Shown piece by piece: positions 24,898 to 37,161 of a stretch of DNA of 64,000 nucleotides. The position numbers and the translations under genes were made by a program. The DNA comes from Octopus sinensis (Eukaryota), in NCBI RefSeq assembly GCF_006345805.1, contig NC_043010.1, positions 5,890,001 through 5,954,000 on the forward strand. The letters run 5' to 3'. The notes beneath the pieces are model-generated. The model was not told the origin of the DNA. It ran no database searches and was given only the letters and a program-made list of their open reading frames with translations. Each line of letters starts with the position of its first letter. Positions within the stretch are counted from its first letter, which is position 1.

Positions 24898-27294
24898 CTG
24901 CTGATGACGTCTTAATGTTGGGTTATCCCATCTATTACCTAGCATGGTTCTGCAGTGAATATCTTCTCTGTCTACCATTGGTTGTTGGGATTTCTTCAGA
25001 TTTCTCGACATTGTGTATGAAATGCCAGGTGGAACACAAGTAGGATCAAATATATATTTTGATTGTGTGTTTAATGCAGGTGTAACCTTGTGGTACATAT
25101 CAACACTGTTGTTATAGTTGCTGTCTGTCTGCTTCAGTCTATGAACTATACAGATCGATATAGAGATCACTATGACAACTGATACGATCACAGCTGCTAT
25201 AACAATAACAATCATCACATTCAATTGGAGACCATTACTTGATTCTGTTGTTGTCTTTGAAGGGGTCTTAAATATCTTTGATGTGGTGTTACTCACTGTT
25301 AGAGTCAAAGACAAAGTTGTTGTCGATGACAGAACTGGACTGCCACTGTCTTTCACACCTAATTCCAGTTCATAGAATCCAGCATCATTTTGGTAAAGTG
25401 AGCGAGAGAAAGATAAGACACCAGAGTGATGGTTCATTTGAAATAAGTGTTTCTCATTACCTCTGAGTATTTCATATGTGAGGAAGGCATTGTGTTGACT
25501 GTCTCTGTCGGAGGCCCTAACAACTGTGATATCATGGTCAGAGTGGGGATGGTAGTGGACATTAAGACTGAAAGGGTCAACATTAGGGAAACTGAAATAG
25601 GGAGCATTATCATTTAAATCCATAACCTCAACAACAACATTTGCTCTCTTCTCCAGTGACGGTGTTCCTTTATCTTTTACTAAAACCTTGAACTCATACA
25701 GGTTCTTTTCTTCTCTGTCTAGGGACTCAGTTGTGGAAATGAATCCCACATCAGATATCTGAAATGGTAGAATATCTTTTCCATTAGATAATAGAGAATA
25801 GGTTAATTGTCCTCCATCTCCAATATCTGGGTCTGTGGCATTGACATATCCAACAGGGAAGTCTTTGTGTTCATTTTCATAGGTGAGAAACTTAAATATG
25901 TCCTGACTAAACTGAGGTTGTACATCATTTATGTCAGTAACCAGCATAGAAAACTGTTTCTCTACTTTCAACGGAGGTAAACCATTATCTTGACATTTAA
26001 TGGTGAAATTAAAGCTCTTTTCACTCTCTCTATCTATTTCACTCTTGACAACAACTTTGTATTTCTTTTCAGACACTGAGATTAGCTGAAGGTATTTATT
26101 ATGTAAATGACAGTTCACTTGTCCATTTTTTCCACCGTCATTGTCGGTAACTTTGACATAAGCAACAAAACTGCCAATTTTAGATGCTTCTGAGATGACA
26201 GCTGTGTTTCCAGTTGACTTTAAAACAAATTTGACATCAATTTTGGGGGGATTGTTAAGGTGAGTGATACTATTTACAACAACAGTCACTACAGAAAATT
26301 TGGAAGGATTACCATTATCTCTGGCTTCAATAAACAATTTATAGACTTTTCCAAACTGAAATTCGTTTGTTATATATATTTCTCCAGAAGTTTGATTTGA
26401 AATGAATTTTTTTCGTTCAGTTTCTGAGATAACAGGGCTGAAACTATACACAATTCTTCCATTATCCCCTTCATCTAAATCTGTTGCTGTTAATTTGATA
26501 ATGGGCTTGTTCTTACTGTGTGTATCATTTACTGTTACATTATATATACTTTGAGAGAATACAGGAGCATTATCATTTTTATCTCTCACTAATATTTTTA
26601 TGTCCAATACACTTTCCTTTGATGGTGATCCTCCATCTGCTGCAATTAGTTGAAGAGCATAACTTTCCTTTTTCTCTCGGTCAAGTTTCCCACCCAATAT
26701 TAATTCAATGTTACTTTGCCTATCAGAAATACTTGAGACTGACAACTGGAATATATTTTCGTGGTTATTCCTCAGTTGATAAGAAATTTCGGAGTTCTCA
26801 ATACTGACATCTTTGTCAAAGGCATTTGGAATAATTTCTTTTATTCCCATGGGTACATTTTCATCAAATTTTAAATGAAATTCCTTGTCCGGAAACATGG
26901 GAGAATTATCATTGACATCTTCTATCATAACTTTGATTTCTAATATCTTCATAAAAGAATGGCCTTCTTGAACTGCTATTTCCAATATCCTGAAACATTC
27001 CACATCATATTGACACAGAGATTCTGCATCCAATATGGCAGCTGTGTACAGTTGTCCTCCAGGTGTAACATTAAACAATTGAACACTTCCATCAGTACTA
27101 CCCTGGAGTATTTTAAATGTCAGTTTGTCCTGTGACTGTATATTATCCAGTAAGTGTGTATCAGTAACAATATCTCCAATATAGCTGTTTATATCATTGT
27201 TCTCTTTCACATGGTAGGTATGGTCCACACACCAGCAGCTCTCGGCCATCAACATCACAATCATCAACAACACTGACAACATGACTTCAGTCAT
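24898..27294 (-). CDS. PCDH: Protocadherin A, exon 1 coding part (signal peptide, EC1-EC6, TM, proximal tail; 799 codons); full protein 957 aa
   Basis: Cadherin motifs DVNDNSP, LDRE, DKNDNAP, DINDVQP and DLNDNAP; TM ~692-717. Acceptor tttttttttttaatttcAG lies 20 nt before the ATG (exon starts 27314). Donor CAG|GTGAGA. The track ORF reads 2 codons into the intron. Confidence 0.97.
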
Positions 27295-27639
27295 TTAAGC
27301 ATTAAATCAAAAAACTGAAATTAAAAAAAAAAACCTGGGTAAGATTTTATGTAATACCAAAGATTTTCAATAATTTAGTCAATGTATTATGATTCCAGCC
27401 ATTACATAATCCTTTTCTAATTGTTAATTCTCTATCTCAGGTGTATATTCAATTTTGATTTGGACATTCTCTTTGTATTGCTTATCTCCTCAATACAATT
27501 ACTATGATTATATTAAACTGTTAATAGACTCAACTTCCTCCAACCTATTCTTATTCAAGCTACTACACTTTCATAACATCCTTTTCACTGCTAATTTGGT
27601 CACTTAGGTAACAGAAAATATTGACAACCTCTTGGAAGC

Positions 27640-28040
27640 TTCCTAGGCATTTCAGAAATTAATTCCTATGTACCCTAACTACTTATTGTTCCGGCACATC
27701 TGACACATACAAAGACGACTTTCTGTCAACCTACCTCTGAATTCACTGCACCTTTTATATGTCCATAGCTTGCACTGGGTGCAACAAATGAAGTTTCTTC
27801 CAACTCCTTTCCTACATATTATGCAAGGTCATTTACCTAATAGAAAAAGTCTTACCTATAGTCTTGCTAACAACTTTTGGCCTTTGCAAAGTTAACTTTA
27901 AGACCCTTTGATTCCATACTTGGAATTTTTTTTCCATAACCACTACAGATTCTACCATAAGAGCAAGGCCATCAATATATACTAGTTCACATGGGCATTC
28001 AGTCTTAACTTCCTCTGTTGTGGCCTGCAGGACTGCTTAG
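27640..28040 (-). mobile_element. Decayed RTE RT fragment in the PCDH-A 5' intron
   Basis: Translates VLQATTEEVKTECPCELVYIDGLALMVES, compared with VLQAITEEFKTGCPWELLYADDLALIAES in the intact copy. Absent from B and C. Confidence 0.7.
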
Positions 28041-28639
28041 TCCTATAACATCATTTGAACTCTCATCACTGAGTGGGTGAGTGGCATTGAGAGAGGTACA
28101 TAAAGTCACCTATCTCAATAGCTCTCATGCTCTCAGTTGAGGGAGTTTTGTTTTGCAAGTTAACTTGGTGACCCTTCTGGTGCAACATAAAAAGCACCCA
28201 TTGCACTCTATAAAGTGGTTGGTGTTAGGAAGGGCATCCAGCCATAGAAACAATGCCAAAGCTGGCAGTACAGCTTGCACACTCCTCTGATGTATTCACT
28301 TCTGTCAAACTGTCCAAACCATGCCAGTATTGCAATCAGATGCTAAATGATGATGATGATTGGTAATCACAGATATATGTTCATAAAAGCTAGAGATATC
28401 TCAAGAGATTTTGAAGTCATGTAGGCCTTGATGAGGTTGCACTGCTGGTAATTTTGACATATTGAAAGGGATGATTTTAAATCTGCTGTTATGGAATGAG
28501 TTAAAAAGCGATTCTGAGGACCTTGTAGTTTCTATGCCCAGAAACTGGCTTGAAACTTAGTTATACACTACAATTGGTTATTTCATAAGACAGAACAATA
28601 AAAAGCAACTTTCAATGACATTTAAAGTTCACTGATAGT

Positions 28640-28850
28640 GTAACCTTTGGCACTTTTCTATGCATTTGGTTCATAATGTGTTATGGCAGTGAGCTATGAG
28701 AAGGAAGTATGATCACTGACAAGGTTTCACATCCAAAGAATTCAGCAATAGATCACCAAACAGAAGATAGGATATTCTCAAAAGAAACAATTCATCAGTC
28801 AATGTCAGTAAGTTTATAACATAGCACCAGCTGGAGCAATCATAGTTCAC
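28640..28850 (-). pseudogene. Highly decayed PCDH exon-1 relic (EC1 region) in the 5' intron; a copy lies at ~38190-38400 in B
   Basis: LLNSLDVKPCQ versus AAILDAESLCQ. Colinear with the clearer relic in gene C. Confidence 0.45.
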
Positions 28851-29542
28851 CTGATTTTGGTTTAATACTGATATCCAAGTGGACAGAAACCAGAGAGGAA
28901 GTGTTGACTGGGCAATCAAATCTCATAAAAATCCAAATTTTTTGTAAAATTTCTTGAGGTGATTTACATCACAATATATATATAATCTGGTAGTTTTGTC
29001 TAAAGGATATTATACCACAAGCCAAAATACTGTCAGTAATCTCATTGTCATGCTAAATACATAGTCAGTAAATTTATTGTGACACTGAAAATATTAAATG
29101 CTTAAAAGGTTAAGGATAAGCAAAAGTGAAACTAAATTAAAACAATAAACTTTAGTTTGTTACAATATGTTACTTAAACCAAAACCTCTCTCATCATCAT
29201 CATTTAATGTCCGTTTTCCATGCTGGCATGGGTTGGACGGTTTGACCCAAAACTGGTAAGCTAGGGAGCTGTACCAGGTTCTAACCTGATTTGGCAAGGT
29301 TTCTACAGCTGGATGACTCAGTTTTCTTAACCTTTTGTAAACAATATTACTTTGATAATTAGTAATAAAAATTTATAATGAAATAACTGAGTATTTTATT
29401 TAAGTTTTTCATTAACTTCAATGTAACAGTATTGAAGTTATGACATTATCTCTGTTACTGATAATATTGTTTCAAGTGAAAAGATCCTTATTATAAAATA
29501 GTCAAATTATACTAAACAAAAATAATATAAATAAGTACTTAC

Positions 29543-29777
29543 CAACAGTTGTCAGATGTTCATACAGTTGTCACAGAACTGTTTCAAAGTTCTTGCAACA
29601 AAGTTGTTGTTATTGTTACAAATGGAGTTCTCAAAAGTTTGGTATGTGTTATGCAGTTCTATCAAGCTGGTTTGTATGGTAAGTGTGTTGTAGCCAATGA
29701 CAAGCTGTCTATTATTCCAATGCAAGGAAACGGAAGTACAGCCTCCAGTTCTTGCAGTAAATGATGGGCTGACTCAC
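29543..29777 (-). promoter_or_regulatory. PCDH-A promoter-like core (29690-29777) and non-coding exon 0; donor GTAAGT at 29542-29537
   Basis: 88-nt block with TGACTCA, GGAA, two CCAAT and a TGACAAGCTGTC near-palindrome, followed by a perfect donor. Exon 1 has an acceptor just before its ATG and so needs an upstream exon. Confidence 0.75.
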
Positions 29778-30792
29778 AGACTGGTTCACATAACACAACA
29801 CACTAATATACACATAAGTGTATGAATGTGTGTGTAAGTAAAATGTACAAAATTAAATCACAGGAAATATTTGACGCTCAGAAAACTGAGGTTGAGAAAT
29901 AGACTCGCATGGAAAATTTTGATATTAAATATTTGTGAGATGTTGGATGAAAACAAAAAAAAAAAATTTTTGTGCAAGTTTTGTATTAAAGAGTAATAAA
30001 CAATTTCTAAAGCCACGCTTAAAAAGGTAAGCCTAAAATGTATTCCCATAAGAATATGGAAATAAAATATGAATTAAAAATATGAATGTTTATAAAGTGA
30101 CTTTTTAAAAGAAAAAAGCATTTACGAAACAGTGGCTCTAAATAAACAAATATAAAAGTAAGAGCGACGCGCCTTAAAAAGGCATTTTCATAAGAAATTC
30201 ATAAAGTTTGGTCGATATTCAGAGTTTTTCTCTTCTCATTAAAGATATTCGTTTTATATGGAATCGTAAAGTTTATATTTAAGGTATTTAGTATAAAGAT
30301 TAGAGGTAGAAGAAATAAAAATATTCATTGAGGATATATCGAATTTAATTCCCTAAATAGCCGAAAATATATATTTAACGCTAATTTAAGTAAATTTTAT
30401 TGAAAGTTTCGGGATTATTTACGTTATCAAAATCTGTATTTTGAAGAAATTGTTGACAAATTTTCTTCGTTAAGAAAATATTTTTAAAAAAGGTAAACAA
30501 TAATCAAGGGAGGTAACTGTTAAAAACTGTTATACAAAGCAATCAGGAATGGAATTTAGGAATAATATTACTGAACGGGATTATATCTCACACACATTCC
30601 AGAATTGGTAAACACGAGTGTGTGTGTGTATATATACACACACACCTGTGTTTACAAATTGTAAAATATATGGCTCTTGTTTTCTGTCAAAGATAAATTC
30701 CCAGGAATATCATTCAATACTTTAAAATAATGGTAGTAACCGTTTCAAAAAGGTTTAAGTAATGCCTTATTGATGACAATAATATTTTAGTG

Positions 30793-31139
30793 TTAATGTA
30801 ATGCTATGGTGTTGTTTGGTGTAGATAGAACAGGTACCTGAAGTACTGAGGGTACCTTTGGTAGTGTTGTTACTTTAGGTACAGCTGGTAGAGGTGGTTT
30901 ATTATTTGAAGTAAAGACACTTGTCATTGGCGTTGTAGATGGATATTCAGTTATATTAGATGTGGTACCAGTTATATTCAAAGGTATTTGGTCAGGATGA
31001 CAGACTGTGTTAGAATCAATGTTTGGTTGGTAAGTATATCCAGGGTATTGATTGTTGTTATCTCCCCTCGATCTATCCAGTGTGTGTGGAAGCTGTTTTC
31101 TCCTGTTCCATGTATGTTCAATTTGGTAACGACACAGAT
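30793..31139 (-). CDS. PCDH: Protocadherin B, terminal exon 3 (115 aa)
   Basis: tttctAG acceptor; 347 nt, in frame to TAA; DLCRYQIEHTWNRRK...IALH*. Confidence 0.85.
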
Positions 31140-32199
31140 CTAGAAATATATAAATTTATAGGTTATCTGATGCCCCAAACTGTTAACAGAATGGAGAACA
31201 TTACATTTTCCTATCCATGAAAGGAAAGGAGTTCCCTCTGCAACCACATGGTTTCAAATTCAGTCTCACTACTTTGCACCTAAGAGGTCACCTAAAATTT
31301 TACATGTGGGTTTAGTAGACGGAAACTAAAAGAAGCCCGTTCAGTCTGTGTTCATGAATGCACGTGTATGTGTGTGTGTATGCGCATGTGCATTTATGTT
31401 CTATTGTCACTTCTGTCAATAACATTATTATTCAGTATCTACACTTACGTAGTGGTTGGCGTTAAGGAAGGGCATCCAGCCGTAGAAACACTGCCAGATA
31501 AGACTGGGCCTAATGCAGCCTTCTGGCTTCACAGACTCCAGTTGAACCGTCCAACCCATGCTATCATGGAAAACAGACGTTAAATGATGATGATGATATA
31601 TCTTTGTGGTCTTCTCATATGTCCACTATATCTCAACCAGATTTTCTTTCAGCCCATTTGTGCTTCATATTTCATCTTTATAATACTAAAACTCTAGAGA
31701 TGTTTGTGTGTACCCCAAATATCTCAGAAACAGTATATTTTATCTTAATGTTTTTTGCCTATCTCTTTTCATACTTACCTGCAGGAGTGCAGTACAAATT
31801 TTTGTGATATTTGGGACTATTTGTTAATTAGACAGAGTTTTTTTGTTATTTCTTGATGAAAAATACATCTCTGCTGTGACATCAACACACATGCAGAATA
31901 CACATACATATAATGAATGTCATGGCTTGTCAACACAAACACACGTCTACTACCTATGACATATGCACACACATAGTCTTCATACTCTCTAAGAAAAAAA
32001 AGAAAAAACCTTGACTGTTTGACGTACACAATATCTTATTCATTCAGAAATATTCTTAACTGAATGTGATTTCAAAAACAGAATATTTTGATGTTTTTTT
32101 TAATTATTTTCAAGTGAATGGCAATCTGTTGCTTATCATCCAAAGTTCATTAATTTCTGTAAAAATTTTTTATTTATTTACTTTTTTTCAAAGTGAACA

Positions 32200-32872
32200 A
32201 GAGGAGAAAGTGAAAGATGTATGTACGTGTATATGAAATGGACATATGTGTGTGAAAAAGAGAGAGAGAAAGAGAGTAAAGGGATGTGTTGTCATGTGTA
32301 CGTACATACATCAATACATATGCATACACCTTCTTCGTACGTACATGCGCATGAGAGAGTGAGTGAGTGAATGTCTGTGTTCTCATTGCGCACACAGACA
32401 AACACACACACACACACACACATCTATTTCATATACATGTTCATACATCTTTCAAATTTGCCTCTCTTTCACTTTAAAGCAAATGTAAATAAATAAAAAT
32501 GACAGTTCTGAGAGTAAAAGCGAAAGATTGCCCCAAGGGAATACCATTACAAAATATTTTTCGAGTGCATTCAATGTATCTCAGCTCCAAAGATTTCGCT
32601 GCTATTTCTAGTATGCTCTGCCAGCCCGTAACAACTATTTGCGATAAAGGACCGGAAATACCTGTTATGTGGTAGCAAGGCGTGCAAGAAATAGCAGCCG
32701 AATCTTTCCTTTTCTGGGGAAAGAAGCTGTTTACACGTGATTTTGATGTCACATTCGTTGAAAGCATGCGAAATAAACTGGAATATAAAGTAGAAAACAC
32801 GAAACAAAACTCCATTGCTGGGAATCTCAGACTTTCCGTGTGACCCAACGGGTCACAGGTAGTCTAGTACAC
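32200..32872 (+). mobile_element. Non-autonomous Helitron/Helentron-like element; a copy lies at ~48280-48950
   Basis: Ends in hairpin tgtgaccc-aac-gggtcaca followed by CTAGT; CpG-rich interior. The left boundary is approximate. Confidence 0.5.
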
Positions 32873-33772
32873 ACTAACATTGCACATGCAGTAGAGTCTG
32901 CTTGCTTAATGTTTTGCATATCATTTCGAATCTTCTAAATCCTAGTTCCACTTCTCATTTCCACAAATCAATTCACTTCCATACACAAGCATTATACACT
33001 CTTACTTCTCGCAATTAAAGGCAGTTATGTCTTCCTACTAAATGATCCTGGGTATCAGCCATATGTGAAGTCTTCCTTCTCTGCCAGCCTATCTATGATC
33101 CTTACATATATATTATACTAAGCATAGATGAAAAAAAAAAAAAGAACTCAATACATGAAATGAAGGCAATATGTTTTTCAAGAGGAATTGAAGATATAAT
33201 TCTTTCCAGAAATTGATTAGTTTGATCTTGGTATATAATCACCAGACAATTGAATGATTCTTTACTGAGAGGATTCTAGTCAGTCATTATAAGGAATTAT
33301 ATCTTCGGCACTTGTTCTCTCTCCAGAAGAGAGAAAGATTGTTGAGTAGCTTTTTCTTTTGTTTGTTCAGTCCGGTCACTGGTACATATATATTATATAT
33401 ATATATGTATATATATACAGTATATGTTAAAGAAGAAAATTGAGAGTTTTAATATACCTTTATCTTTTATTCGTTTCAGTCATTTGACTGTGGCCATGCT
33501 GGGGCACTGCCTTTAGTTGAGCAAATCGACCGCAGGACTTATTCTTTGTGAGCCTAATACTTATTCTATCGGACTCTTTTGCTAAACCACTAAGTTACAG
33601 GGATGTAAACACACCAACATCGGTTGTCAAGTGATGGTGGGGAGATAAATATGGACACAAAAACATACACACGCATATATATATATACATGAGGGGCTTC
33701 TTTCATTAATTAATGACTTTATCCTAATTATGCATTAAATTATAAATATATGTCACGTTTAGAAACATTCAG

Positions 33773-33774
<2 letters not shown>

Positions 33775-33850
<76 letters not shown>
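33775..33850. repeat. (CT)n(AT)n microsatellite; its paralogue at 49853-49943 has different lengths
   Basis: Direct reading. Confidence 0.9.
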
Positions 33851-33854
<4 letters not shown>

Positions 33855-34282
33855 TAAATACACAAACACACAGATATATTATACACATATACCCATACAA
33901 ACATGCACACACACACACACAAGTTTTTCTTTTGTAAATTTATATTTTTATATTTTGACTCACATGCACAAATTTTGGTAGTAACTCTCCAAATGAAAGA
34001 GATATTTTAACAGCAAAAAACAAGAGGATCTTCTCACTCACTGTAGTAAAGTTTTGTTCTTTTTTAAAGGCTTCCATCAACAAAATTATATTACAAGTGT
34101 TAGTTTAGCTTGAAACTACAAATGTAAGAGAAACTAGATGAAAATATTAAGCACCAGGATCAAACTCAGTATTTTAACATTGCTGACTAAAATTCTTATC
34201 TACTAAACCATTCTAGTGACTATTATTATAAACATTTGCAAACTCTAATGATCTGGAGAAAAACACAATTATTCCAACTTAC

Positions 34283-34433
34283 CTGGCAGGGTTTCATAAT
34301 GTCCAGCACTACCGACACTCCAGCCATGACTACTATCTGTGTGAGAAGACAAGATTGACATTTCACTGGTTTCGTCAGCACTGCTTAGTTCTCTGTAACC
34401 CGGAGACATACTTTCTTCTCTTGGAACAAACAT
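34283..34433 (-). CDS. PCDH: Protocadherin B, exon 2
   Basis: 151 nt, AG/GTAAGT, open phase 0 to phase 1. Confidence 0.88.
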
Positions 34434-34764
34434 CTAGAAACATAAAACAGAAAGATTGTATGCCATAATATTTCATCATGGAATCTTTGTTTCCACATTT
34501 CAAGTTATATTGTCGTTCATAATCTCTCATTTTACTTTTAAACTGAAATATTCTGGAAATCCTCATGTAAGTCAGAAAAGAAAATTAAAGAGTAATTTAG
34601 AATCTACATTTGTAAGATAAGAATTTATCAAATAGAAAAATAATTTTTCTTTTATATTCTGCAAAACAGCTTCAAAGGTTCTTGGTTAATTACAGCCTGC
34701 TTTATTATTAACTATGGAATGTTGAAAGGACAAATATTTTGAAATTAAAAGAAAATTATCTCAC

Positions 34765-37161
34765 CTGCTGATGACGTCTTAATGTTGAGTTATCCCATCT
34801 ATTACCTAGCATGGTTCTGCAGTGAATATCTTCTCTGTCTACCATTGGTTGTTGAGATTTCTTTACATTTCCCTTCAATGTGTACTGAATCCCAGGAAGA
34901 ACACAAGTGGGATCAAATATATATTTTGATTGGACGTTTAATGCAGGTGTAACCTTGTGGTACATATCAACACTGTTGTTATAGTTGCTGTCTGTCTGCT
35001 TCAGTCTATGAACTATACAGATCGATATAGAGATCACTATGACAACTGATACGATCACAGCTGCTATAACAATAACAATCATCACATTCAATTGGAGACC
35101 ATTACTTGATTCTGTTGTTGTCTTTGAAGGGGTCTTAAATATCTTTGATGTGGTGTTACTAACTGTTAGAGTCAAAGACAAAGTTGTTGTCGATGACAGA
35201 ACTGGACTGCCACTGTCTTTCACACCTAATTCCAGTTCATAGAATCCAGCATCATTTTGGTAAAGTGAGCGAGAGAAAGATAAGACACCAGAGTGATGGT
35301 TCATTTGAAATAAGTGTTTCTCATTACCTCTGAGTATTTCATATGTGAGGAAGGCATTGTGTTGACTGTCTCTGTCAGAGGCCCTAACAACTGTGATGTC
35401 ATGGTCAGAGTGGGGATGGTAGTGGACATTAAGACTGAAAGGGTCAACATTAGGGAAACTGAAATAGGGAGCATTATCATTTAAATCCATAACCTCAACA
35501 ACAACATTTGCTCTCTTCTCCAGTGATGGTGTTCCTTTATCTTTTACTAAAACCTTAAACTCATACAGGTTCTTTTCTTCTCTGTCTAGGGACTCAGTTG
35601 TGGAAATGAATCCCACATCAGATATCTGAAATGGTAGAATATCTTTTCCATTAGATAATAGAGAATAGGTTAATTGTCCTCCATCTCCAATATCTGGGTC
35701 TGTGGCATTGACATATCCAACAGGGAAGTCTTTGTGTTCATTTTCATAGGTGAGAAACTTAAATATGTCCTGACTAAACTGAGGTTGTACATCATTTATG
35801 TCAGTGACCAGCATTGAAAACTGTTTCTCGACTTTCAATGGAGGTAAACCATTATCTTGACATTTAATGGTGAAATTAAAGCTCTTCTCACTCTCTCTAT
35901 CTATTTCACTCTTGACAACAACTTTGTATTTCTTTTCAGACATTGAAATAAGCTGAAGATATCTATTTTGTAAATGACACTTCACTTGTCCATTTACTCC
36001 ATTGTCATTGTCAGTAACTTTGACAAAAGCAACAAAACTGTGAATTTGAGTTCCTTCTGAGATGACAGCTGTGTTTCCAGTTGACTTTAAGACAAATTTG
36101 ACATCAATTTTGGGAGGATTGTTAAGATGACTGATACTATTTACAACAACAGTCACTACAGAAAACTTGGAAGGATTACCATTATCTCTGGCTTCAATAA
36201 ACAATTTATAGACTTTTCCAAACTGAAATTCGTTTGTTATATATATTTCTCCAGAGGTTTGATTTGAAATGAATTTTTTTCGGTCTTTTTCTGAGATATC
36301 CTGGCTGAAACTATACACAATTCTTCCATTATCCCCTTCATCTAAATCTGTTGCTATTAATTTGATAATGGGCTTCTCTTTACTGTGTGTATCATTTACT
36401 GTTACATTATATATACTTTGAGAGAATACAGGAGCATTATCATTTTTATCCCTCACTAATATTTTTATGTCCAATACACTTTCCTTTGATGGTGATCCTC
36501 CATCTGCTGCAATTAGTTGAAGAGCATAACTTTGCTTTTTCTCTCGGTCAAGTCTCCCACCCAATATTAATTCAATGTTACTTTGCCTATCAGAAATACT
36601 CGAGACTGACAACTGGAATATATTTTCATGGTTATTCCTCAGTTGATAAGAAATTTTTGAGTTCTCAATACTGACATCTTTGTCAAAGGCATTTGGAAGT
36701 GTTTCTTTTCTTCCTTTTGTTGCACTTTCATCAAACTGTATATTAAAGTCTTTGTTGGGAAACATGGGAGAATTATCATTGACATCTTCTATTATAACTT
36801 TGATTTCCAATATCTTGATAAAAGAATGGCCATGTTGAACTGCTATTTCTAATATCCTGAAACATTCCGCATTATATTGGCACATAGTTTCTGCATCCAA
36901 TATGGCAGCTGTGTGCAGTTGTCCTCCAGGTGTAACATTAAACAATTGAACACCTCCATCAGTGCCACCCTGGAGTACGTTAAATGTCAGTTTGTCCTGT
37001 GACTGTATATTATCCAGTAAGTGTGTATCAGTGACAATATCTCCAATATAACTGTTTATATCATTGTTCTCTTTCACGTGGTAGGTATGGTCCACACAAA
37101 GGCAGCTGTTAGCCATCAACATCACAATTATCAACAACACTGACAACATGGCTTCAGTCAT
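34765..37161 (-). CDS. PCDH: Protocadherin B, exon 1 coding part (799 codons); full protein 964 aa
   Basis: Six cadherin repeats plus TM; acceptor ttttttttttttatttcAG (exon starts 37181); donor CAG|GTGAGA. Confidence 0.97.

Noticed and set aside
25172-26807. Plus-strand ORFs repeated in each PCDH
   Set aside because: They are antisense shadows of exon 1 and are conserved only because the gene is.
29543-29708. Exon 0 as a Thr-rich coding exon
   Set aside because: Measured from the conserved AG the copies are 166, 173, 173 and 160 nt, so the frame is not conserved, and stops occur in the conserved reading.
29735-29755. CTCF site within the promoter core (sense actggaggctg)
   Set aside because: Only a partial resemblance by eye; it needs a PWM scan or ChIP before any claim.
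29549-29764. 71-aa plus-strand ORF duplicated at 45628
   Set aside because: It is the antisense reading of exon 0. The frame is not kept in the C, D or E copies.
32474-32848. 124-aa ORF preserved in two copies
   Set aside because: It lies inside a Helitron-like element duplicated recently with the gene, so retention is uninformative. No recognisable domain.
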